Part shown: piece by piece, positions 18,628-27,713 of the stretch
How positions within the stretch are numbered: the first letter of the stretch is position 1
Layout of the letters: every line of letters begins with the position of its first letter
Assembly: GCA_965261735.1 (NCBI GenBank)
Contig: OZ253470.1
Coordinates: 2,048,001-2,112,000, forward strand
Reading direction: 5' to 3'
DNA length: 64,000 nt
From: Alphaproteobacteria bacterium
Lineage (GTDB): Bacteria; Pseudomonadota; Alphaproteobacteria; SHVV01
The notes under the pieces: generated by a model
Told to the model about the DNA's origin: nothing
The model's database searches: none
The model's input: only the letters and a program-made list of their open reading frames with translations
Made by a program: the position numbers and the translations under genes

Positions 18628-19680
18628 ATGACACCCGTATTCGAACGGCGGATCGATCACCCCGGTGCGTGGAGGGCGAGCGACTTCGCGAGCAAGGACG
18701 ATCTCGCCATTGACCTCGAGCCGCGCCACCGGCGGGCGCTCGAGGAGGCCCTGCAGCGGACGCTCGAACGCGGGCTCGGCATCGACGAGCTCGACGCGGT
18801 GCGCTTCCCGCTTGCCGACATCGCCGAGGATGTCGCCGCGATCTTGGCCGACGTTCAGCGCGGACGCGGCCTCGCCCTCCTGCGCGGCTTTCCGATCGAG
18901 GGTTATAGCGAGGACGAGATCGGCCTCATGTATTTCGGGCTGGGCTGCCATTTCGGCGCCGCGGTATCGCAGAGCGTGATGGGCGACCGCCTCGGACGCG
19001 TCACCGACATGTCCTGGGACGACCCCAACGAGCGCGCCTACCGCAACCGGATGGCGCTACCGCTGCATACCGATATCAACGAGATCATCGCCATGCTCAG
19101 CCTGCGTACGGCGAAGGTGGGCGGCGCGAGCCAATACGCGAGTGCGCTCGCCGTGCACAACGAGATGCTGGCCCGCCGCCGCGATCTGCTGCCGCATTTG
19201 TACGAGGGCTTTCCCTATCACCGGCGCGGCGAAGAGGGTCCGGGCCAGGCCCCGGTCACACCTTACGATGTGCCGCTGTTCTCGCAGCGCGACGGCTTCG
19301 TGAGCTGTCGCTACATCGACAGCTACATGGAGGCGGCGGCCAAGGAGCTCGGCGTCCCCATGCCGGCACCGCTCCTCGAGGCGGTCGCCTATTTCGCCGA
19401 CACCGCGCAGCGCGATGACTTCAGGCTCGACTTCGTCATCGAGCCAGGCGAACTGGTCATGCAGAACAACTTCGTCGTCCTGCACGGCCGCAGCGCCTTC
19501 GAGGACGACCCCGCGGCGCGCCGCGTCCTGCTGCGCCTGTGGCTCGACGTCACCGATGGCCGCCCGGTCGTACCCGAGGTCGCGATCTATGAGGGCGACT
19601 CGATTGCGCGCCAGGAGGGACGGCGACCGATCTACGCGGGCGACGCCTTCGAAGACACCAACTTCCCGCCGGCCCGCTAG
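18628..19680 (+). CDS. TauD/TfdA family Fe(II)/2-oxoglutarate dioxygenase
   Basis: LPLHTD (HxD), NNFVVLHGRSAF, RVLLRLWL. Confidence 0.85.
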   Translation: MTPVFERRIDHPGAWRASDFASKDDLAIDLEPRHRRALEEALQRTLERGLGIDELDAVRFPLADIAEDVAAILADVQRGRGLALLRGFPIEGYSEDEIGLMYFGLGCHFGAAVSQSVMGDRLGRVTDMSWDDPNERAYRNRMALPLHTDINEIIAMLSLRTAKVGGASQYASALAVHNEMLARRRDLLPHLYEGFPYHRRGEEGPGQAPVTPYDVPLFSQRDGFVSCRYIDSYMEAAAKELGVPMPAPLLEAVAYFADTAQRDDFRLDFVIEPGELVMQNNFVVLHGRSAFEDDPAARRVLLRLWLDVTDGRPVVPEVAIYEGDSIARQEGRRPIYAGDAFEDTNFPPAR

Positions 19681-20650
19681 GGCGCTCGCGCCGGCCGTGG
19701 CAGCAGCCCGTGCTTTCTCAAGGCATGGCGTAACTGACCGTAGCTGAGCCCGAGACGTTCGGCGGCGGCACGCTGGTTGAAACGGTGTGCCTCGAGGGCC
19801 TCGGTCAAAAGCCGCACCTCGAAGCCGGCGACTGCGCCGCGGAAGTCCGCAGGCCCCGGCGCATGGGCGTGCGGTGTCGCGCTTGGCGGCGGGGCGGCCG
19901 CCGGCGGCGCTTGCGATCCGGGCCCGCGGTAGGGTGAGTCGAAGGGGTCGAAAACGACGGCGCCGATGCGCGTGTTCGGCCGCGGGCAGCTGTAGACGGC
20001 ACGCTCAACCACGTTCTTGAGCTCGCGTACGTTGCCCGGCCAATCGTGGCCGGCGAGCGCGTCGTACGCCGCGGCCGTGAATCCGGGAAAGACGCCCCAC
20101 CCGAGCTCGTACGCCATGGCGCGCCCGAAGTGCTCGGCCAACAGCGCCACGTCGCCGGCGCGTGCCCGTAGCGGGGGCAGCGTAATGACGTCGAAGCTCA
20201 GTCGGTCGAGCAGATCGTAGCGGAACCGGCCCTCATCCGCCAGGGCCGGCAGGTCGAAGTGGGTCGCGCCGACGACGCGTACGTCGACGGCCACCGTCGC
20301 GTTGCCGCCGATGCGCTCGAACTCGCCGTACTCGACGGCGCGTAGGATCTTCTCCTGGACCGCGGGGCTCGAGCCGGCGATCTCATCGAGGAACAGGGTC
20401 CCGGAATCGGCGAGCTCGAAGCGGCCGAGGCGCCGCCGGGCCGCGCCGGTGAAGGCACCGGCCTCATGGCCGAACAGTTCGCTCTCGAGCAGGGACTCCG
20501 CCAGGGCCGCGCAGTTGAGCTTGATGAACGGCGTGTCCCACCGCGCCGACAGGTAGTGGAGCCGCGCCGCCACCAGCTCCTTGCCGGTACCGCGCTCCCC
20601 GATCACCAACAGCGGCCGATCGAGCGGGGCGGCGCGGCTGACCTGCTCGG
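19677..20650 (-). pseudogene. pspF: sigma54 activator PspF, 5'-truncated
   Basis: GERGTGKE, ESELFGHEAGAFTGA, WPGNVRELKN and a C-terminal HTH; homology starts abruptly at EQVSRAA (20648) with no RBS/start. Confidence 0.8.
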
Positions 20651-20667
20651 AATGAGGAGAGAACGGG

Positions 20668-20877
20668 ATGACCACGATGAGTATCTCGGTAGAGGTTCCG
20701 GCGCGCGGCCATCGCCCGGCGCGCGTGCTGGCGGCCGTGCGAAGCCGGCTGCGGGCGTGGCGGATTCGTGCTCGCGATGCCCGAGCGCTCGCGCGCTGGC
20801 ACGAGCGCGAGCTGCGCGACATCGGTCTCTCGCGCGTGGACGCGGACGAGGCGGACCGACTCTTCCTCCGCAACTGA
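20668..20877 (+). CDS. DUF1127 (YjiS-like) small protein
   Basis: Arg-rich N-part and ERELRDIGLSR motif; GAGGAG RBS. Confidence 0.8.
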   Translation: MTTMSISVEVPARGHRPARVLAAVRSRLRAWRIRARDARALARWHERELRDIGLSRVDADEADRLFLRN

Positions 20878-20910
20878 ATGAGGTGAGGGACCGAACAGGA
20901 AGGACGCCCG

Positions 20911-21030
20911 ATGATGAAGACTGAAGATTATTCGTTTGACGATACGCGCGGCGCGAGACCCGGCGCTTGGCAGCGCCTCGGCCGGCAGCTCGCCCGCTAC
21001 CTCGGCAGCCGAGGCGCCCTCCTCGGCTGA
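20911..21030 (+). CDS. 39-aa small protein upstream of pspA
   Basis: AGGAAGGA RBS; MMKTEDYSFDDTRGARPGAWQRLGRQLARYLGSRGALLG*; below the ORF-track cutoff. Confidence 0.45.
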   Translation: MMKTEDYSFDDTRGARPGAWQRLGRQLARYLGSRGALLG

Positions 21031-21060
21031 CCGGCTTTTCAGGTATAACGGAGATCACCC

Positions 21061-21744
21061 ATGGGCATCTTTTCGCGACTGACCGACATCATCAACTCCA
21101 ACCTCAACGCGCTGCTCGATCGCGCCGAGGAGCCGGAGAAGTTGATTCGGCTCATCATCCAGGAGATGGAGGACACGCTCGTCGAGGTGCGCAGCACGGC
21201 CGCGCGTACCATCGCCGAGAAGAAGAACGTCAAGCGCGCGCTCGAGCGTATCGATGCGGCACAGGCCGAGTGGCAGCGCAAGGCGGAGCTCGCGATCGCC
21301 AAGAACCGTGAGGATCTGGCGAAGGGCGCGCTCGTCGAGAAGGCCCGGCTCGGCGCATCGGCGAATGCGATGGCCGAGGAGTTCGCCTACCTCGACGAGG
21401 GTCTCGCGCGCAGCGACGAGGACGTCGGCAAGCTCGAGGCCAAGCTCATCGAGGCCAAGGCCAAGCAGAAGACCTTGCGCGCGCGCCATGCCACCATCGG
21501 CGCCCGCCTCAAGGTGCGCCGCCGCCTGCACGATGCCCGCGTCGAGGACGCCTTCACGCGCTTCGAGCAGATCGAGAAGCGCCTCGATACGGCCGAGGGT
21601 GAGGTCGAGGCCTACGACCTCGGCCAACGCAAGACGCTGGCCGACGAGATCGACGACCTCGAATCCGAAAGCGCCATCGAGAAGGAGCTGTCCGATCTCA
21701 AGACGCGGGTCGCCGGCGGCCGCGGCGGCGCCAGCGAGTGCTAG
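21061..21744 (+). CDS. pspA: phage shock protein A
   Basis: MGIFSRLTDIINSNLNALLDRAEEPEKLIRLIIQEMEDTLVEVRS. Confidence 0.96.
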   Translation: MGIFSRLTDIINSNLNALLDRAEEPEKLIRLIIQEMEDTLVEVRSTAARTIAEKKNVKRALERIDAAQAEWQRKAELAIAKNREDLAKGALVEKARLGASANAMAEEFAYLDEGLARSDEDVGKLEAKLIEAKAKQKTLRARHATIGARLKVRRRLHDARVEDAFTRFEQIEKRLDTAEGEVEAYDLGQRKTLADEIDDLESESAIEKELSDLKTRVAGGRGGASEC

Positions 21745-21752
21745 ACTGAGCC

Positions 21753-21983
21753 ATGCTCGACGACAACATCTACGTGCTGCTGATCCTGTTTCTCACGGTC
21801 GTCGCACCGATCTGGATCATCGCCCATTACCTCACCCGCTGGCGCACCGCCAAGACACTCTCGGGCGAGGACGAAAAGATGCTCCAGGAGATGTGGGAGA
21901 GCGCCGCCAAGATCGAGGAGCGGCTCGGTAATCTCGAGCACATCCTCGATGCCGAGGCGCCGGATTGGCGCGACCGGCCATGA
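21753..21983 (+). CDS. pspB: phage shock protein B
   Basis: VVAPIWIIAHY TM segment; ERLGNLEHILDAEAPDWR. Confidence 0.93.
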   Translation: MLDDNIYVLLILFLTVVAPIWIIAHYLTRWRTAKTLSGEDEKMLQEMWESAAKIEERLGNLEHILDAEAPDWRDRP

Positions 21984-22366
21984 CGGCGCGCCCGAGCCCG
22001 AGCCGCCTCTACCGCAACCGGCGCAAAGGCAAGATCATGGGCGTCTGCGCCGGCATCGCGGACTATTTCGGGGTGAGCCCGCTGCCGCTGCGCATCGCCG
22101 CCATTCTAGGGCTCGTCTTCGCCACCTTCCCGACGCTCGTCATCTACTTCGTCGCCGCGTGGGTCCTGAACGATACGCCCGAGGACCTGTTCGCCTCGGA
22201 GGAGGAGGCGCGGTTCTGGAAGTCGGTACGGACCGAGCCGAGCGGCACGGCCCGCGCCTTGCGCCACAAGTTCAGGGGGCTCGAGCAGCGCCTGCGCGCC
22301 GTCGAGGCCCAAGTCACGTCGAGCGAGTTCGCGCTCAACCGAAAATTCCGCGACATCGACCCGTAG
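21980..22366 (+). CDS. pspC: phage shock protein C
   Basis: LYRNRRKGKIMGVCAGIADYFG; VTSSEFAL; ATGA overlap with pspB. Confidence 0.93.
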   Translation: MTARPSPSRLYRNRRKGKIMGVCAGIADYFGVSPLPLRIAAILGLVFATFPTLVIYFVAAWVLNDTPEDLFASEEEARFWKSVRTEPSGTARALRHKFRGLEQRLRAVEAQVTSSEFALNRKFRDIDP

Positions 22367-22438
22367 GCGCGCCGGCGCGTCGCCCGTGCTAGCGTTTCGG
22401 TCGCGACCGCCGCGATCAGCGATTATCCTTGCCCCGTC

Positions 22439-24217
22439 ATGACGCCAGACCAGGCCATCGCCTTCGCCGTCCTCGCCGGGGCCCTCGTTCTCTTTATCTG
22501 GGGCCGCTGGCGCTACGACGTCGTCGCCCTGCTCGCCTTGCTTGCCGTCGTGCTCAGCGACCTCGTTCCAGCGCGCGATGGGTTTCTCGGCTTTGCCCAT
22601 CCAGCCGTCATCACGGTGGCGGCGGTTCTCGTCATTAGCCGCGCCTTGCGCAACGCCGGCATCGTTGACTTCGCCGTCCAACTCCTCACGCCGCTGCGCG
22701 GGCGCGAGGTCACCCAGCTCGTCGCCCAGAACTCGAGCGTCGCCTTGCTGTCGGGATTCATGAACAATGTCGACGCCATGGCATTGATGCTGCCCGTGGC
22801 CCTGCGCAACGCCTATCGCGAGGGCTATGCGCCGGCCAAGGCACTGATGCCGCTGGCCTTCGCATCGCTGCTCGGTGGCCTAGTGACACTGGTCGGTACG
22901 CCGCCCAACATCATCATCGCCGCCTTTCGCGGCGAGCATTCGGGCACGCCCTTCGCGATGTTCGACTTCGCGCCCGTCGGGCTGCCGGTGGCGATCATCG
23001 GGGTCGCGTTCATCAGCATCATCGGCTGGCGCCTCATCCCGCGCGAGCGGCGCGGCCAAAGCGATCCCGAGCAGCTGTTTCAGATCGAGGAATATGTCGC
23101 CGAGGCGCGGATCGACGAGGGCTCGGACTACGCCGGCAAATCGGTTCAGGAGCTCGAGGCCCAGGCCGAGTACGAGGTGACCGTGGCCGGCGTCATCCGC
23201 GGCGAGCGCCGGCTGCTGATTCCCTCGGGCTACGAGCGTCTCGGCATCGGGGACATCCTCATTCTCGAAGGCGACCCGACGGCGCTCAAGGCACTCATCG
23301 ACACCGCCTCCCTGCAGCTCGTGGGCGGCGACAAGCCGGTGGCCCAAGACCTGCGATCCGATGAAGTCGGCGTGGTCGAGGCCGTCGTCAATCCGGGCTC
23401 GCCGCTCATCGGCGGCTCACCGCGCTCGCTGCGGCTCCGCACCATCCACGGCATCAATCTCTTGGCCATCGCACGCTACGGCAAGCCGGTGCGCAGGCGG
23501 CTGCGCGAGGCCCGCTTTCAAACCGGCGACGTGCTCTTGCTTCAGGGCGTAAGCGCGAAAATAGCCGACACCTTGCAGGCGCTCGGTTGCCTGCCGCTCG
23601 CCGAGCGCGGCCTGCAGATCGGTCGGCCACAGCGGCTAACGCTCGCCACTGGCATCTTCGGCCTCGCCATCGCGGCCACCCTAATCGGCCTGGTGCCCGT
23701 TTACATCGCCTTCATGAGTGCGGTCGCGCTGCTGGTGCTGCTCGAGATCGTCTCGCCGGCCGAGGTCTATGACAGTATCGAATGGCCCGTCATTGTGCTG
23801 CTCGGGGCGATGATCCCGGTTGGCGCCGCGCTCGAGGCCACAGGCGGCGCGGCGCTCGTGGCCGATGGCATCGTCACCATAACGGCGGGGCTGGCGCCCG
23901 CCTGGGTCCTGCTGATCCTGTTCGTCGGCACCATGTTCATCTCCGACGTCATCAACAACAACGCCACGGCCGTCCTGATGGCGCCCATCGCCATAGGGGT
24001 CAGCGAGCAGCTCGGCGTCAGCGCCGATCCGTTTCTGATGGGCACCGCGCTCGGCGCGTCGTGCGCCTTCCTGACGCCGATCGGGCATCAATCGAACACC
24101 CTCGTCATGGCCCCGGGCGGCTACCGGTTCGGCGACTACTGGCGCCTCGGGTTGCCCGTCGAAGTCCTGATCACCGCCGTCGGCGTCCCCATGATCCTGC
24201 TCGTGTGGCCGTTTTGA
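22439..24217 (+). CDS. SLC13/DASS permease with TrkA-C domains
   Basis: GFMNN, TLVGTPPN, two RCK-C-like repeats, AFLTPIGHQSN, GGYRFGDYWRLG. Confidence 0.9.
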   Translation: MTPDQAIAFAVLAGALVLFIWGRWRYDVVALLALLAVVLSDLVPARDGFLGFAHPAVITVAAVLVISRALRNAGIVDFAVQLLTPLRGREVTQLVAQNSSVALLSGFMNNVDAMALMLPVALRNAYREGYAPAKALMPLAFASLLGGLVTLVGTPPNIIIAAFRGEHSGTPFAMFDFAPVGLPVAIIGVAFISIIGWRLIPRERRGQSDPEQLFQIEEYVAEARIDEGSDYAGKSVQELEAQAEYEVTVAGVIRGERRLLIPSGYERLGIGDILILEGDPTALKALIDTASLQLVGGDKPVAQDLRSDEVGVVEAVVNPGSPLIGGSPRSLRLRTIHGINLLAIARYGKPVRRRLREARFQTGDVLLLQGVSAKIADTLQALGCLPLAERGLQIGRPQRLTLATGIFGLAIAATLIGLVPVYIAFMSAVALLVLLEIVSPAEVYDSIEWPVIVLLGAMIPVGAALEATGGAALVADGIVTITAGLAPAWVLLILFVGTMFISDVINNNATAVLMAPIAIGVSEQLGVSADPFLMGTALGASCAFLTPIGHQSNTLVMAPGGYRFGDYWRLGLPVEVLITAVGVPMILLVWPF

Positions 24218-24283
24218 GATTCGATGTGCCTACCGCTCACCCACCGCGCGCGCTCTAATGACGCCCAACCGAGGGTCACGCCC

Positions 24284-24797
24284 ATGACCTGGCGCTTGCT
24301 GCGCCCCATCCTGATTTTCCCCGGCACGGTGCTCGTCGTTGTGCCGGGGATCCTCGTTTGGCTCGCGGCCGGGACTACTTTCTCGGCCCAGCCGGCCCGG
24401 CCTGGAGGGCTCGTATTCTGGCTCGCGCTTGCGGCCGGTGCCGTTGGGCTCGTTCTCAAGGTCAGCACGGTGGCGCTGTTCGTCGCTACCGGAAGGGGTA
24501 CACCGGCGCCGTGGGATCCGCCCCTGAACCTTGTCGTGCGCGGCCCCTACCGCTACGTGCGCAACCCTATGATCAGCGGCGGCGTCCTGTTCCTGCTCGC
24601 CGAATCACTTATGCTGCGCTCGTGGCCGGTTGCGGCCTGGATGGGCTTTTTTTCTGGCCGTCAAAGCCATCTACTTCCCGCTCAGCGAGGAGCCCGGACT
24701 CGAGCGCCGGTTCGGCAACCCCTACCGCCGCTACAAGGCCAAAGTGCCGCGCTGGATACCGAGGCTCACGCCCTGGGACGAACCAACCCATGAATAA
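24284..24797 (+). pseudogene. isoprenylcysteine carboxylmethyltransferase/PEMT family membrane protein, +1 frameshift
   Basis: GTPAPWDPP..GPYRYVRNPM; removing one T from the T7 run at 24647-24653 restores EEPGLERRFG..Y..VPRWIPR to TAA 24797. Confidence 0.75.
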
Positions 24798-26007
24798 GTT
24801 ACTTGCCGGACTTCGCGTCATCGAGGGCTCCGCCTTCGTCGCCGCACCGTCGGCGGGCATGACGCTGGCGCAGCTCGGCGCCGACGTCATCCGCTTCGAT
24901 CCCATCGGCGGCGGGGTCGACTATCGGCGCTGGCCGGTGACGGACGCCGGCCACAGCCTTTATTGGGCCGGCCTCAACAAGGGCAAGCGCTCGATCGCCG
25001 TCGACATCAGGCGCCCGCAGGGGCGCGATCTCGTGGCCCGGATGATCGGCGCGCCCGGGGCCGACGCCGGCATCTTCCTCACCAACTTCCCGGCCACCGG
25101 CTGGCTCGCCTACGAGGCGCTGCGGGCGCAACGCGCCGATCTCATCATGCTCGCGATCTCCGGCAACCGCGACGGCTCCTCGGCCGTCGATTACACCGTC
25201 AACTGCGCCACCGGCCTGCCCTACCTCACGGGCCCCAAGGGACACGAGGCGCCCGTCAACAACGTCCTGCCGGCCTGGGATCTGATGTGCGGGCTCGCGG
25301 CCGTGAACGGCCTGCTCGCGGCCGAGCGCCACCGCCGGCTCACCGGCGAGGGCCAGCTCGTGACGCTGGCGCTCTCGGACATCGCCTTCGCGACCATGGG
25401 CAACCTAGGCTACTTCGCCGAGGTCGAGATCAACGGCGCCCGACGCGAACGCTCCGGCAACGAGCTCTACGGCGCCCTGGGTCGCGATTTCGAGACCGCG
25501 GACGGGTGCCGTGTCATGATCGTGGCGATCACCAAGCGCCAGTGGGAGGCGTTGGTCAAGGCGACCGGCTTGGGCGAGGCCTTCGCGCGCGTCGCCGCCT
25601 CACTCGGCCTCGACCTCGCCCGCGAGGGCGACCGCTACCGGGCCACGGCCGAGATCGCGGCCGTGCTCGAGCCCTGGTGCCGCGCGCGCACGCTGGCCGA
25701 GATCACCACCATCTTCGAGGCCGCCGGCGTGCTGTGGGGACCCTACCGGCGCGTCGCCGAGACCCTGGCCGAGGATGCCCGCGTCTCGCCCGACAATCCC
25801 CTGTTCGCACGCGTCGAGCATCCCGGCATCGGCGCCACGCTGACACCGGGCTCGCCCCTCGACTTCGGCGCGGCGCCACGCCACCCGGCGCAACCGGCGC
25901 CGGCGCTCGGCCAGCACACCGACGAGGTTCTGGCCGGCGTGCTCGGCCTCGGCGGGGGCGAGATCGCGGCGCTGCACGACGGCGGCGTCGTCGCCGGATC
26001 GGGCTAG
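24790..26007 (+). CDS. mct: mesaconyl-CoA C1-C4 CoA transferase (2-methylfumaryl-CoA isomerase), class III
   Basis: LRVIEGSAFVAAP..MTLAQLGADVIRFDPIGGG.DY.RWP, VDYTVN, VLPAWD, GN.LYGA.GRDFET closely follow Chloroflexus Mct as recalled. Confidence 0.8.
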   Translation: MNKLLAGLRVIEGSAFVAAPSAGMTLAQLGADVIRFDPIGGGVDYRRWPVTDAGHSLYWAGLNKGKRSIAVDIRRPQGRDLVARMIGAPGADAGIFLTNFPATGWLAYEALRAQRADLIMLAISGNRDGSSAVDYTVNCATGLPYLTGPKGHEAPVNNVLPAWDLMCGLAAVNGLLAAERHRRLTGEGQLVTLALSDIAFATMGNLGYFAEVEINGARRERSGNELYGALGRDFETADGCRVMIVAITKRQWEALVKATGLGEAFARVAASLGLDLAREGDRYRATAEIAAVLEPWCRARTLAEITTIFEAAGVLWGPYRRVAETLAEDARVSPDNPLFARVEHPGIGATLTPGSPLDFGAAPRHPAQPAPALGQHTDEVLAGVLGLGGGEIAALHDGGVVAGSG

Positions 26008-26025
26008 GCGGGGATCGGGGTCGAT

Positions 26026-27630
26026 ATGGCACAGCGGCTCAAATTCTGGGGCTGGGGATACGAAAACGAACGGCTGAGCGCAGCCGAGGAGGGCAGGCTC
26101 GCGGCGTTCTATGGCGAGCGCCTGGGAGCGGGCGACGCCGAGCCCCTGCCGGTGCCCGAGGTCGACGACATCGCGCTCGCGCCGCCGCGGCTTGCGCCGC
26201 CCGCCGCGCTCGCCGCGATGTGCTCGAGCGATCCTTACGAGCGCCTGCTCCACACCTACGGCAAGTCGTTTCCCGACACCGTGCGCATCTTCGACAAGGA
26301 TTTCGCCAACGCGCCCGATGTCGTCGCCTACCCGCGCGACGATGGCGGCGTGGCCGCGATCCTCGACTGGGCCACCTCGGCCAACGCGGCCGTCATCCCC
26401 TTCGGCGGCGGCAGCAGTGTCGTCGGCGGCGTCGAGCCGGCCGTCGGCGACGGCTACGCCGGGACCATCAGCCTCGACGTCAAGCGGCTCGACCGCGTAC
26501 TCGAGATCGACCCCATGAGCCGGGCCGCGCGCATCCAGGCCGGCATCATGGGGCCGGCCCTCGAAGCGGCGCTCCGTCCCCACGATTTGACCCTGCGCCA
26601 CTTCCCACAGAGCTTCCAGTACTCGACGCTGGGCGGCTGGATCGCGACGCGCTTGGGCGGGCATTTCGCGATGCTCTACACGCACATCGATGATTTCGTC
26701 GAGAGCCTGCGCCTGGTGTGTCCGGCCGGCATCCTGGAGAGCCGCCGGCTGCCGGGCTCGGGCGCGGGGCCCAGCCCCGACCGGCTGGCGATAGGCTCGG
26801 AAGGCGCGCTCGGCGTGATCACCGAGGCATGGATGCGGCTACAGGCGCGGCCCACCTTTCGGGCGCGCGCCAGCGTCCGCTTTGCGAGCTTCGGGGCCGG
26901 CGCAGCCGCGGTGCGGGCGCTCAGCCAAAGCGGACTCTATCCGTCGAACCTGAGGCTCCTGGACCCGCTCGAGGCCGAGATCACCGGCGCCGGCGGGGGC
27001 GGGCAGGCGCTGCTGGTGCTGGCCTTCGAATCGGCCGATCATCCAGTCGAGGCGTGGTTGGAGCGGGCGCTCGTCATCGCCGCCGATCACGGCGGCTCTG
27101 CCGATGATGACGGCGCGGCCGACGAGGGCGGACGCGAGAGCGGTGCCGGGGCGTGGCGCGAGGCGTTTCTCCGCATGCCCTACTACCGCGAGTACCTCAC
27201 CGCCATCGCCGCGCTCAACTTCACCTTCGAGACCGCCATCACCTGGCAGCGCTTCGCGCCCTTCCACGAGGCGGTCATGGCGGCGGCGGCGGACGCGATC
27301 GCCGAGGCCACCGGGGCGCCGGGCCTCGTCACCTGCCGCTTCACGCACGTCTACCCCGACGGTCCCGCGCCCTATTTCACCGTTCACGCGCGCGGCCGCC
27401 ACGGCGCATTGCTCGAGCAGTGGCAACACATCAAGGACAGGGTGTCGGACGCCGTCATCGCCGGCGTCGGCACCATCACGCACCATCACGCCGTCGGACG
27501 CGATCACATGAAATGGTATGCGCGGCAGCGCCCACAGTTGTTCGGCACCGCACTCACCGCCGCCAAGGCCGCCCTCGATCCGACCGGCATTCTCAATCCC
27601 GGCGTGCTGGCGGGCGGGCGCGAGGCGTGA
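26026..27630 (+). CDS. FAD-linked oxidase, alkyl-DHAP synthase-like
   Basis: FWGWG, PFGGGSSVVGG, RHFPQSF, GSEGALG, THHHAVG. Confidence 0.85.
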   Translation: MAQRLKFWGWGYENERLSAAEEGRLAAFYGERLGAGDAEPLPVPEVDDIALAPPRLAPPAALAAMCSSDPYERLLHTYGKSFPDTVRIFDKDFANAPDVVAYPRDDGGVAAILDWATSANAAVIPFGGGSSVVGGVEPAVGDGYAGTISLDVKRLDRVLEIDPMSRAARIQAGIMGPALEAALRPHDLTLRHFPQSFQYSTLGGWIATRLGGHFAMLYTHIDDFVESLRLVCPAGILESRRLPGSGAGPSPDRLAIGSEGALGVITEAWMRLQARPTFRARASVRFASFGAGAAAVRALSQSGLYPSNLRLLDPLEAEITGAGGGGQALLVLAFESADHPVEAWLERALVIAADHGGSADDDGAADEGGRESGAGAWREAFLRMPYYREYLTAIAALNFTFETAITWQRFAPFHEAVMAAAADAIAEATGAPGLVTCRFTHVYPDGPAPYFTVHARGRHGALLEQWQHIKDRVSDAVIAGVGTITHHHAVGRDHMKWYARQRPQLFGTALTAAKAALDPTGILNPGVLAGGREA

Positions 27631-27713
27631 GCGCGCGCGGCGGCGAATTCATCATTGGTGTTGCGCCGGTGACGCGCTAGCCTGACCCTAGGGTGCCCGC
27701 GTAGAGGAGTCCC

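Noticed and set aside
24640-24660. Phase variation or programmed frameshifting at the T7 run (also the A5 run near 51605)
   Set aside because: The runs are short; sequencing error or ordinary decay is more parsimonious without read data.
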